From a virus, in IMG/VR virus record IMGVR_UViG_3300018080_000142, positions 1 through 64,000 of that record: 64,000 nucleotides of DNA, one strand, 5' to 3'. Below are positions 41,377-50,015 of this stretch, piece after piece. The stretch's first letter is position 1. Every line of letters starts with the position of its first letter. Under the pieces are notes generated by a model that had not been told where the DNA came from, did not search any database, and worked only from the letters and a program-made list of their open reading frames with translations. The translations under genes and the position numbers were made by a program.

Positions 41377-41586
41377 TTATTCTTTCCCGGTATCAGGAAT
41401 TTCAGGCGGATTTGGCTTTTCTGCATCCTCACCACCGCGAATTTTCCGCTTACGGGAAAATTCAAGACGGTCATGAAATCGCTGGATAGCGACCTGGTCA
41501 GGTATATTTACATCAACCTCGATCCAGGTCTTACTATCCACTTGGACCCGTTTTTTCTTGGTCTGGGTCTTTTCTGATTTCTTCAT
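41377..41586 (-). CDS. Hypothetical protein
   Basis: 69-aa ORF in operon. Confidence 0.45.
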   Translation of the reverse strand: MKKSEKTQTKKKRVQVDSKTWIEVDVNIPDQVAIQRFHDRLEFSRKRKIRGGEDAEKPNPPEIPDTGKE

Positions 41587-41589
41587 TGA

Positions 41590-42525
41590 TCAGACATTTA
41601 TCTCCTGAACATCCAGCTTGAACTTGTCGATGAGATGGTCAGCCCAAAGATTGCTGTTATTTGCGATTTCACCGATATCCATAGTTCCCGGACGCATGAT
41701 ACTGGTTCCCCAGTTGTACAGATCCCAGACAGTGCCAAGCTGATCCTGGTCACGCTTTTCCTTGACAATCTTCTGGGTGAACTCACTCAGCTCATGGGTA
41801 TTGAACGGCGTAACAGATCCTTTGTAATATGCAGACTTGATCGCATCGATGTAAAGACCACCGACAACCTCTTGGATGATTTTCTTTTCAGATGGCAGTT
41901 CATGGTCTTTCATCGTTTTCATGATGTCATTCTGCACTTTCCAGATCTGTCCGAGGTTCTTGATCCAATGCCTCAGTTTGAATTCCATATGCTCCCAGGG
42001 CATGCCGCGTTCCTCAGCATATGAGTATGTCCTCAGCAAAGTACCACCATAAACATTGAAATTAATACATTGCTTGACGTTCATGCCAAAAGCAACACTT
42101 ATGCCATGATCATTCAGTGTAATACCGATCGCTGCATTTCTTGCATCAGCAGTACCTTCATCGTCACCTTCATAAACACCCGGCAGCTGAATAAGGTTTA
42201 TCACCTTATCAAACTTCCACTTCTCGATCGGTGCAAGGGTTCTGTTGTACCCTTTTTCGGTATCTGCATCACTCAGGAAGGTGTGGGAAGATTTCTTCTG
42301 TACACTGATCTTTTCCTGCACATAATTGAAATCTTCTTCCTCAAGCATACTCATGATTGATGTCATAAGCATCCAGATCTGGACAGGTTTTGTCTCAAGC
42401 ACCCGGCCGTAACGACCTTCCTGCCTGATACTTTTACTCAGCATATCCATAGATATGTTCTGAACTTTGTCCTCAACGAATTCATAAGTTTTTTCCATTT
42501 CTCTAAGATTTATTTGATTCGACAA
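41590..42525 (-). CDS. DUF932-like protein (tentative)
   Basis: AIGIT....GISVAFG.NV..C.N and TVWDLYNWGT motifs. Confidence 0.45.
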   Translation of the reverse strand: MSNQINLREMEKTYEFVEDKVQNISMDMLSKSIRQEGRYGRVLETKPVQIWMLMTSIMSMLEEEDFNYVQEKISVQKKSSHTFLSDADTEKGYNRTLAPIEKWKFDKVINLIQLPGVYEGDDEGTADARNAAIGITLNDHGISVAFGMNVKQCINFNVYGGTLLRTYSYAEERGMPWEHMEFKLRHWIKNLGQIWKVQNDIMKTMKDHELPSEKKIIQEVVGGLYIDAIKSAYYKGSVTPFNTHELSEFTQKIVKEKRDQDQLGTVWDLYNWGTSIMRPGTMDIGEIANNSNLWADHLIDKFKLDVQEINV

Positions 42526-42799
42526 CTTCTTTCAATATTTTGCCTTGCTGGTTATACTTCTCGAGCTTTTTCTCAGCATCAACATACCGGAATGCCTGCG
42601 GGAATTCCTTCTTACGTTCTTCTGTCAGTACTGCTCTGTAGAAATCCCGGTTGCTCCGATGCTTCTCGAGCAACAGTTCTGCTGTTTCAGCATCAAGCGA
42701 TGATGCCCAGTTTCGAAACGAATCTTTGCTCATTACGAGTAGATCCTTGCCCAGTACCAGCATCGCTGACCGGAGCTTATCTTCTGTTGATTCACTCAT
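42503..42799 (-). CDS. Hypothetical protein
   Basis: 98-aa ORF downstream of the AATTATTTTC motif. Confidence 0.5.
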   Translation of the reverse strand: MSESTEDKLRSAMLVLGKDLLVMSKDSFRNWASSLDAETAELLLEKHRSNRDFYRAVLTEERKKEFPQAFRYVDAEKKLEKYNQQGKILKEVVESNKS

Positions 42800-42852
42800 T
42801 TCGTATCGTTATTAAGATTTTAAAGGAAAATAATTGCTTGGTTCCAAGCAAC

Positions 42853-42893
42853 AAAAAAGGGAAATAAGCTACTATACTTCACTTATTTCCCCC
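42853..42893 (-). terminator. Intrinsic terminator closing the tmRNA transcript
   Basis: Minus strand: 10-bp stem GGGAAATAAG...CTTATTTCCC followed by TTTTTT. Confidence 0.8.
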
Positions 42894-42894
42894 G

Positions 42895-43350
42895 AACACA
42901 GATAGCTGTCAAGCAGCTAACCGATGCTCTTGATCGAAACGACTTTCGCCGATTAAACCTGATTGCTACAATATTCCAGGCCGATTATACGCTGTCAAAA
43001 CATTCAGCCCCAGGCATGAGGACTTCCGGATAAACGGTGTTAAAGCATCGCCCTCAAATGCGTCACCATGTAGCTGACATCAGGTGTTGATGTCTGTAAT
43101 ACGACCGGCCAGTATTACGCTACACTCCGGCATTTTCTGAACAACTGGCAAATTACAAAGAGCGCCGATGGCGGGAGCGACCGCTTTACCGGGGAGATCT
43201 CGAGTGTCGTGAGACACCCGTACCATCCGGCTATTCCCTATCCAATCATCACGACAACACCGCAATAATGGAAAACAGGAGCCATCTATTTGTGGAGCTG
43301 GGCGGTAACGAGCCGCCGTCCAAACGTACCGTTCCTGGTACAGCAATCAG
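42895..43350 (-). ncRNA. ssrA: Circularly permuted (two-piece) tmRNA gene
   Basis: Acceptor piece ~43350-43293 ends GGAC-GGCGG-CTCGTTA-CCGCC-CAGCTCC-A. Coding piece starts at 43011 (GGGGCTGAATGTTTTGAC). The acceptor stem has 7 bp with G3-U70. Tag ORF 42950-42909 reads GESRFDQEHRLAA*, with the stop in the loop of a TAGCTG/CAGCTA hairpin. Confidence 0.9.
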
Positions 43351-43352
43351 TA

Positions 43353-43360
43353 CAAAGTTA
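43353..43360 (-). promoter_or_regulatory. Bacteroidota-type -7 promoter element upstream of the tmRNA acceptor piece
   Basis: TAACTTTG (TAnnTTTG) just before the first paired base of the acceptor piece. No canonically spaced -33 TTTG seen. Confidence 0.5.
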
Positions 43361-43397
43361 GTTAAAAGTTTAAAAAGGAAATAATTTCAAGACTTCA

Positions 43398-44327
43398 TCA
43401 GGATCTCGGATATCTTTCGTGATACAATACCCATAGATAATCCTTATCAAGCCTGTTAGCAGTACTTTCATTGTATTCAAAGTCCCGGTCGTTCATAATG
43501 GTAAAGGATCCGCTCCAACGGCCACCACGCTGAGACCGGTACTGTTCAACCTGTTCTTTTGTCACTTTCGCACCAAGCAAAAGACGCATTACATGATTCT
43601 GCCTGGGAGTTTCCAACAGAAGTAATTTCTTCATCAGGAACCGTCCAAACGATCTTGGCATACAGTCAAGCTGTTCTGCCCGGCCATACAAACCATATAC
43701 CGGTGGAATGAGTTTTAACCACTTTTGCTTACGCCTGTTAACAGCAAGGAATTCATGCTTACGATTCATATATTCTTCCTGGGTAACTTCACGTCTGACT
43801 CCGAGGATCAGCTTCCATAGCTTAGACCAGAGAATTGTTACAATCATTTCAGGTATTGACCAGAGATAATAAAGGATTTCTGCCCATACCTTGCCACACA
43901 ATGACAATGCCCATAGATGGAAATCAATAGTTTTCTTCCCTGCTCTTTTGCTGAAGGAAAACCTCCAAGGTATTTGATGATAGAACAACCACACTGAGAA
44001 TGTTGGTCTGGTCTTGCTGATCATTTGCAATGTTGTTGACAGGTGGTCACGACTCATATCCATTCTGTCATAATAGTGTGGATATCTCCAACCGAACAGG
44101 AAATGACCATGTGGACCACCTTCTTTTCTTTCCCAGCATGAACGGATCCCTTTTTCGAATCTTGGATCCTTATAGGTTCTCCTGGCCCTCTCAGTACGTG
44201 ATATCGCATCGCCTCTGCCTTCATCACCATAGCGGTCATAATGGAGATTCTTGCAGAGCATCATATTGTCCTGAACAAAGAACATATGTTCCTGACTGTC
44301 CGGATCGTAAATCACTTCATAACTCAT
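43398..44327 (-). CDS. Hypothetical protein
   Basis: 309-aa, W/R-rich ORF. No family recognised. Confidence 0.6.
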   Translation of the reverse strand: MSYEVIYDPDSQEHMFFVQDNMMLCKNLHYDRYGDEGRGDAISRTERARRTYKDPRFEKGIRSCWERKEGGPHGHFLFGWRYPHYYDRMDMSRDHLSTTLQMISKTRPTFSVWLFYHQIPWRFSFSKRAGKKTIDFHLWALSLCGKVWAEILYYLWSIPEMIVTILWSKLWKLILGVRREVTQEEYMNRKHEFLAVNRRKQKWLKLIPPVYGLYGRAEQLDCMPRSFGRFLMKKLLLLETPRQNHVMRLLLGAKVTKEQVEQYRSQRGGRWSGSFTIMNDRDFEYNESTANRLDKDYLWVLYHERYPRS

Positions 44328-44638
44328 GATTCGCCTTCTTTACCTAAATATAAAGTATCTAATGTTCTAGCAATTTTTAAAACTATCTCTTGAAGTCTTT
44401 TGATCCTTTCGTGATCAAGAAGTTCATGATTGCCAGATAGCGGTTCTGACAATATTTTCGCTACTTCAGATTCCATTCTTTTCATTCTTGTTTATTTAAT
44501 ATACTGCATATCTACTCGTTACCTCTTTTTGTCCGTTCTCAAATTCAATAAGGATACTATTCATTTTGCCACGTGCGATTATTATACATTCCCTGCCCTT
44601 CATGGTTGCACGTTTTGAATTGTTTCCCCAACGGTATT

Positions 44639-44944
44639 TCATTCTTGTTTATTTAATCTATTTAATCTATCAATTTCAGCAGCTATTAAGGCACCTGCAA
44701 CTTTAAGTCTGTGAATCTTATTTTTATCACCTGATAATTTTTGTTCTAAGCCCCACACATCATCTCCTGATTCAAATTCTCCATCAAAAGATTTTACATA
44801 GGCATCAGTTCCATTTGCAGCCAATATTGCAGCTACCTTAATTAATGCTCCATCTGTATGCTGATCATCATGTTCTGATGTCCATCCATGCTTTTCAATT
44901 TGTTCTGCCCTTTCTTCGGCAATTAATTCAATTCCTGTTTTCAT
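44639..44944 (-). CDS. Conserved phage hypothetical protein
   Basis: IAEER.EQI.KHGWT.EHDD...RLKVAGALIAAEIDRL is a widespread small phage protein pattern. Confidence 0.65.
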   Translation of the reverse strand: MKTGIELIAEERAEQIEKHGWTSEHDDQHTDGALIKVAAILAANGTDAYVKSFDGEFESGDDVWGLEQKLSGDKNKIHRLKVAGALIAAEIDRLNRLNKQE

Positions 44945-45204
44945 GATTCTTGTTTATTTAATGAGTTCCAATAATCCTCAAAAAATTTAAATGCAATTGA
45001 TTTGCTTCTTTTTCGTTGAGTTTGGATAATTGCATCTTCAGCCACTTCTTTAAAGGCTTGGAGAATAACATCAATACGCTCTTTTTTTAATTCCTTCGCT
45101 CGTAAAAAATCAGATGATTTAGTTGATGTACCTAAACGCCATGCGATTTCCTCAGATAATTTTTCTATCTTCTTTAATAATTGCTCTGCCTTATCTTGTA
45201 TCAT
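44941..45204 (-). CDS. Hypothetical protein
   Basis: 87-aa ORF with ATGA coupling. Confidence 0.5.
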   Translation of the reverse strand: MIQDKAEQLLKKIEKLSEEIAWRLGTSTKSSDFLRAKELKKERIDVILQAFKEVAEDAIIQTQRKRSKSIAFKFFEDYWNSLNKQES

Positions 45205-45207
45205 TAC

Positions 45208-45399
45208 TTAATCTTTTATATCATAATGCCATGCCCATGATTTAGCAGTATCCCTAAATATTGTTTGTGCATCTGTTGTCCACCAGCCTTTACACCCAAG
45301 CCATTCTAACCAAATGTAATTAACGTGCCTCTGCAATAAGTAAACATCCTGACCAATTCCATCATGCCAAACCGTTTTGATTCTTCTTTTATCTCTCAT
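45208..45399 (-). CDS. Hypothetical protein
   Basis: 63-aa Trp-rich ORF in a packed run. Confidence 0.45.
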   Translation of the reverse strand: MRDKRRIKTVWHDGIGQDVYLLQRHVNYIWLEWLGCKGWWTTDAQTIFRDTAKSWAWHYDIKD

Positions 45400-45748
45400 T
45401 ACTTTGGGGTTTGGTTAAATTTTTTAATTTCCTTTATGGTTGCCATACATACAGGTTCGGATTTTCCTTGCTTTGCTTCGCATTTAATACCAGAATAACA
45501 GACATAAGCATAACAACATCCATCAATACATAAATCACATTTTTCGTATTTCATCATTCTCTATTTTAAAAGAACAGCACACGACCCAGATTGAAGAAGG
45601 CTTTTATGGCGGGTAATTCCTGTCTCTTTATAATCGGGCAACACCCAAGATCACCAAAGGGACCTCCATTGCCGTCTTTTTCAACGGGTATTCAATGCGC
45701 CTTCATAACCTATGGTATTTCATTACTGTATTCTCCCGGTGTGCTGTT

Positions 45749-46213
45749 CTATAAGTTAAGGTATATCAATGTTAACAACGTAAGCCAGAATAACCTCCAA
45801 ACAAGCATTAGAAACCCTGACTGAAGGAATACAGCTCCGAAATATTGGCTGATCGGATCTGAACTGATATGTAGGGGTTTCTTAAGAATGAACCAGCCGG
45901 TAGTAAGATCATGAACTGTCCACCATAACAGCCACATTATCGGATACCACATGAACATATATGTCCATCTGCCAAGAACTACCTGCACTGAGATGATTGC
46001 GAAAATGACGAATAACGCATAGATATTCCCCCAGGTTTTCCATGCATATGATGGTTTGATGGGATTCATAATAACAGTTTCATTTCTGAACCTGTATTTT
46101 TTTATTTCATCAGTTATGCATTTATCCTGCCATGAAGCTATAACAGTACCAAGAGTTACAGCTATGACTGTTAGTGTAAACATTAAAATTTCAGTTTCCA
46201 TAATATTAATCAT
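45749..46213 (-). CDS. Multi-pass membrane protein
   Basis: About four hydrophobic segments. Start adjusted. Confidence 0.55.
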   Translation of the reverse strand: MINIMETEILMFTLTVIAVTLGTVIASWQDKCITDEIKKYRFRNETVIMNPIKPSYAWKTWGNIYALFVIFAIISVQVVLGRWTYMFMWYPIMWLLWWTVHDLTTGWFILKKPLHISSDPISQYFGAVFLQSGFLMLVWRLFWLTLLTLIYLNL

Positions 46214-46637
46214 TATAAGTCCAACTTGCTGTAGCAAAAACCGGGTAGAAATATCCATCAACATGGATCCGGTTATAAGATTTTCTGTATCTACTCTCCG
46301 GGACTGTATCCCACCATACAGGAACACCTTTCTTTATATAATCATTCCAGCCACAAATAAATACTTCATAAAGGAATACTTGCTCAGTATGAGGTCCAAA
46401 TGGTTTTGTAATCCGAATCTTCGACCATTTCTCATTAGAGCATTTTCCTTCGGCCACTACATAGGAGCCTACTTCACCGGCCAGGAAATATTCAATGTCC
46501 TCGATGTAACCTATGAATTTTTCATTGCCCTGCAGTTTTCCTGCCTTTGGTGCGACAGTTCCGCAGCAGGTCACCAGGATGACAGCAACAACTATCATCA
46601 CAAACAGTATGAACAATCTCTTAGTTTCTTTTTTCAT
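46206..46637 (-). CDS. Putative lipoprotein
   Basis: MKKETKR, hydrophobic core, then LVTC lipobox-like site. Start adjusted. Confidence 0.55.
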   Translation of the reverse strand: MKKETKRLFILFVMIVVAVILVTCCGTVAPKAGKLQGNEKFIGYIEDIEYFLAGEVGSYVVAEGKCSNEKWSKIRITKPFGPHTEQVFLYEVFICGWNDYIKKGVPVWWDTVPESRYRKSYNRIHVDGYFYPVFATASWTYND

Positions 46638-46638
46638 T

Positions 46639-47073
46639 TTATTCAAAATTGATGTATTTAATCCATGAAAACGGCCGGCGTATCTTCCAATAGGCATAGA
46701 TATTTGCATACTGATTGGCTTCGCGCTTGAAGCAAATACTCCTGTTGGCTCGCCGCCAGTAGTAACCGTTGATAATATTCATGACAAAGAACAATCCATA
46801 CAGGATCCAGTAAAGGAACAGGGCTGGCAGGGCAATGAACCAATTAATCAAAAAACCCAGTATGATGAATAGAAGCAAACCTGCCAGCCCACATTCCAAT
46901 TGCTGTTGAATATGTATTGTCTCACGATTATAATTCATCTGATGCTGCATTGCCCACTTGTGACGATAGAATGAAAAAGGAAAGATTGTTACGGTATATA
47001 TACCGAAAACACCTATCAGCGGGAATACCAGGTGTATTCCCTCGAAGTTGAAGTTAAAACGGGGCAGTTTCAT
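46639..47073 (-). CDS. Membrane protein with degenerate zincin-like motif
   Basis: VTIFPF...RETIHIQQQLE...ICFKREA resembles the HExxH..QQ.E...FEREAY family, with substitutions. Confidence 0.5.
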   Translation of the reverse strand: MKLPRFNFNFEGIHLVFPLIGVFGIYTVTIFPFSFYRHKWAMQHQMNYNRETIHIQQQLECGLAGLLLFIILGFLINWFIALPALFLYWILYGLFFVMNIINGYYWRRANRSICFKREANQYANIYAYWKIRRPFSWIKYINFE

Positions 47074-47581
47074 TCGACCAGGATTGTTGTATATATTCAT
47101 TCCATTTAATTTCTTCATCAGCATCATTGGACACGCCAGGGATCATGCTCACAACGGCATCTCTTAATGACTTGATAAAATTGATATTCATTTCATAGCT
47201 GACCTCACGGCTGACTATAGCATGACGCAGATCCTTTGCCAGATCTTTCTTGGTATGTGCTTCCGGGTAGACCAAGGGTATTTCCGAGTAGTCTAATTTA
47301 CGAATTTCTTTAATTACATCAATAGCACCATATGGATACCTGATGCATACATCCTCGTACAAGTATAAATAATCCTCTGTAGTGAACAATATTTCATCGG
47401 CAGACCAATTAGATATATCTGGTGTCGGATGTCCCAGGAACATCCATATCGCCTGACACTGGGCCTCGAACGGACCATTTCTGAATGATCTCTCGTCAAC
47501 GGCATATGTTTCTATCATCCATCCGAGGAAATGCCTTTTACTGACCGGATATGTGTTCAGGACCTGGATCACTTCTCTCAC
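47054..47581 (-). CDS. Hypothetical protein
   Basis: 175-aa ORF in operon. Confidence 0.5.
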   Translation of the reverse strand: MREVIQVLNTYPVSKRHFLGWMIETYAVDERSFRNGPFEAQCQAIWMFLGHPTPDISNWSADEILFTTEDYLYLYEDVCIRYPYGAIDVIKEIRKLDYSEIPLVYPEAHTKKDLAKDLRHAIVSREVSYEMNINFIKSLRDAVVSMIPGVSNDADEEIKWNEYIQQSWSNETAPF

Positions 47582-47973
47582 CTATGGCCTTGGTTGTACC
47601 TTTGCATTGACTTTTTGGAAAACCTTATGCTGTCCCTCACACGCCTTGCTTTGCCTTTTGCACGCAATCGTTTTCTCCGGATATCTGAAATAATCTTATC
47701 GGATATCAGGCCACGCTTGCCAATGTCAGTAAATTCCTTTATAAACTGGTAGTATTTTTCTTCATCAATGCCAGGCTTTTCAATCCGAGCATCTTCATCT
47801 ATCTTAAGATATTTAAGCAGATCATCGCAGAAACTTACCATAGAACAGTTAAAGTATACCCATATCAGATAGCTCGGACCGGCTTGAACTTTCAATACCT
47901 CACCAACCTTCATTTCAGCATATTTACCGAAACCAAGTACGCTTTTTTCAGTAAGTGTTCTTAAATATTTCAT
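47578..47973 (-). CDS. Protein with FGKY module (ExoX C-terminal/DUF3820-like)
   Basis: LGFGKY....VGEV.....PSYLIW. Confidence 0.55.
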   Translation of the reverse strand: MKYLRTLTEKSVLGFGKYAEMKVGEVLKVQAGPSYLIWVYFNCSMVSFCDDLLKYLKIDEDARIEKPGIDEEKYYQFIKEFTDIGKRGLISDKIISDIRRKRLRAKGKARRVRDSIRFSKKSMQRYNQGHR

Positions 47974-48099
47974 AATATATGCCTAAGTATCAGTATTGAA
48001 ACCGTAACAAGTATAACCATGACGATACCCAGGAAAATATACAGACACCATCCAGTAGGATTCTTGTGGCCGTAATGAGAATTTATATCGTCCTCAAAA

Positions 48100-48459
48100 T
48101 TATCCAGATGTGATTGCTCTGTCATGTTTATCCTCAATTTTTAGATTTTTACGCAGATAGATCTCGTAACCGATGAAATGTACATGATAGCGGCATTGCC
48201 TGATCACCTGCTCAACAACGCGGGTAATCATTGTATGCTCGCTTATCTCCCTGGCATACTGAACTGTCCTCATAAGCATTCTATAAGTGTTCAGCAAATG
48301 GTTGTCATGAAATTCATGGATCGGTACAATCCTGTTGTCTCTGGTCACCCATTTATATTCTTCGAAACCGGAAGGTTTCTCCATACAGAAGTTCGGCAAC
48401 TTAATGTTTTCGAAAATATTACTGACATTGAAATCACTGACTTTATTGGTTGCTTTCAT
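48100..48459 (-). CDS. Hypothetical protein
   Basis: WVTRD.RIVPI.E..D.HL.N motif of small phage proteins. Confidence 0.5.
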   Translation of the reverse strand: MKATNKVSDFNVSNIFENIKLPNFCMEKPSGFEEYKWVTRDNRIVPIHEFHDNHLLNTYRMLMRTVQYAREISEHTMITRVVEQVIRQCRYHVHFIGYEIYLRKNLKIEDKHDRAITSG

Positions 48460-49550
48460 AATTTTGCCTTGTTTATTATGGTTACAAGAAAGTCAATAAC
48501 TGCTAGACCATTCGCCCTGCTATGTATAATTTCAACAGCAGAACCGGTTGGAGTATGTAGAATAACAGACATCTCGCCATCGCCTTTATAATGAACAGTA
48601 AATGCATATTCCCTGCCATCAACTTTCAGAGAATATGTCTCTGTAAAAACAGACGACACGGTTTTAAGCTTGAATTTAAGTTTCAGCATTTTGGCTTGCT
48701 TGAGTAAGTTATCTGCAGCTTCCTCGATTACATCATCAAGTTTTTCAAGGGTATCTCCGTACTTATCTTTGGCCTCGTCATAGATATTATCGATATCTTC
48801 CCGTAGATTCTTTTCAGCTCGTTCCATAGTTTCTTCTTCTTTTGTCGATTCGACTTTTTCGGGTTTAATATCCTCTGCATTAACAGCACCATCAAGAATT
48901 TCAAGCTCACTCTCATCTGGTTCTGGCTCATCATCTGAATCCGGGATTTCATGGTCTGCATCAGCAGGATCTGCACCAGCAAGATCTACATCAGCAGGAA
49001 TGGTTTCTTCTGAGGAATTTTCAGTCGGATCCTCCAAAACTTCTTCAACATTCTCGGCAGGTTTTTCAGCAGGTGTCTGTTCAACAGCATCCCTTAGTGT
49101 AGTTGTATGGCAGGGATCAGGTTCAGGTACGGGTGGATCCTCTGGAAGCTCAAGCTTTTTCTGAATAGCCTTGGGTGGATCCAGTTTCTTACTCTCGAGC
49201 CCAGGTTTTTTCTTCCTACCACGCTTGGCCTGGCTTTCAACCTTTTTCTCAAAATCCTTAATCCTGCGCTCCCAACCCTGACGCAATGACTCATAGCGTT
49301 TCGGAGTCATGTCAGTAAAGATATTGTCGGTTTCGATACGCAGAATTGTCAGCAAAAGTTCCAAATGTACACGCGGGATCTTTGTGGCTATGTAAACCGG
49401 ATTCCTGGCCGCAGAGACATAGTTCGGTATGATACCTGCTTCACCAGCTATCACACCCGGTCTTTTACCTGACTTGGTGATTTCTTCATCGATGATACCT
49501 GAAAGTATACCAAGCTGTTCATCATTCAGCTTATGGACAATTTCATTCAT
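48456..49550 (-). CDS. Hypothetical protein with possible N-terminal HTH and acidic disordered core
   Basis: IAGEAGIIPNYVSAA (HTH-like) followed by a long E/D/P-rich region. Confidence 0.55.
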   Translation of the reverse strand: MNEIVHKLNDEQLGILSGIIDEEITKSGKRPGVIAGEAGIIPNYVSAARNPVYIATKIPRVHLELLLTILRIETDNIFTDMTPKRYESLRQGWERRIKDFEKKVESQAKRGRKKKPGLESKKLDPPKAIQKKLELPEDPPVPEPDPCHTTTLRDAVEQTPAEKPAENVEEVLEDPTENSSEETIPADVDLAGADPADADHEIPDSDDEPEPDESELEILDGAVNAEDIKPEKVESTKEEETMERAEKNLREDIDNIYDEAKDKYGDTLEKLDDVIEEAADNLLKQAKMLKLKFKLKTVSSVFTETYSLKVDGREYAFTVHYKGDGEMSVILHTPTGSAVEIIHSRANGLAVIDFLVTIINKAKL

Positions 49551-49776
49551 AATCTATATTTTTCAACAACAGGATTTCACCGTTTGGGAATTCAATAGGT
49601 TGTGGAGCAATTGAGCATTCCCTGCGAATCTTTGATGTTATGCTGTCAGAATACTCCTGCCAGGCATCATAGATCTCGATCTTACCATTGGCGTAACCAA
49701 TAGTGTAAGAAATAATACATACCGCTATCAAAATAGCCGTTGAAATTGCTATGAGTAGAATCACCATCGTTCTCAT
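49543..49776 (-). CDS. Small membrane-anchored protein
   Basis: N-terminal TM helix. Confidence 0.45.
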   Translation of the reverse strand: MRTMVILLIAISTAILIAVCIISYTIGYANGKIEIYDAWQEYSDSITSKIRRECSIAPQPIEFPNGEILLLKNIDYE

Positions 49777-49979
49777 AACTCAACAAGTCTTAAAGCGTCA
49801 TACTTGTCAGCAATAGCAAGAACCTGGTTACCATTACCGACATAATGACCGGCCGGATAATGACCAACAACCTTCAGTCGTTCGTCAGCACCAATAGCAT
49901 TGTTTATACCAAGCGACTTCATAGCCTGTTGTGACAACCTTACGTTGACAATCGCGTTAACCGGAATTTTGTTTTCCAT
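49773..49979 (-). CDS. Hypothetical protein
   Basis: 68-aa ORF with AT-rich leader. Confidence 0.5.
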   Translation of the reverse strand: MENKIPVNAIVNVRLSQQAMKSLGINNAIGADERLKVVGHYPAGHYVGNGNQVLAIADKYDALRLVEL

Positions 49980-50015
49980 CTTTTCTGAGTTTTAAATGAA
50001 TAAATAGTCTTTGCA

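Noticed and set aside
43012-43292. Group I/II intron, RNase P or tRNA as the identity of the tmRNA spacer
   Set aside because: Only short resemblances (AGCCGGATG, GGAAGTCC, a T-arm-like hairpin). No complete domain V, P7 core, RNase P conserved regions or cloverleaf with a 7-nt anticodon loop.
43080-43346. 88-aa minus-strand ORF in the ORF track
   Set aside because: It has a non-ATG start and overlaps the tmRNA acceptor piece and structured spacer. The RNA explanation is far stronger.
42895-43350. Prophage attachment site (split ssrA left by integration)
   Set aside because: No integrase in the window. The halves are non-overlapping, mutually complementary and enclosed by one promoter-like element and one terminator, which fits a permuted gene better.
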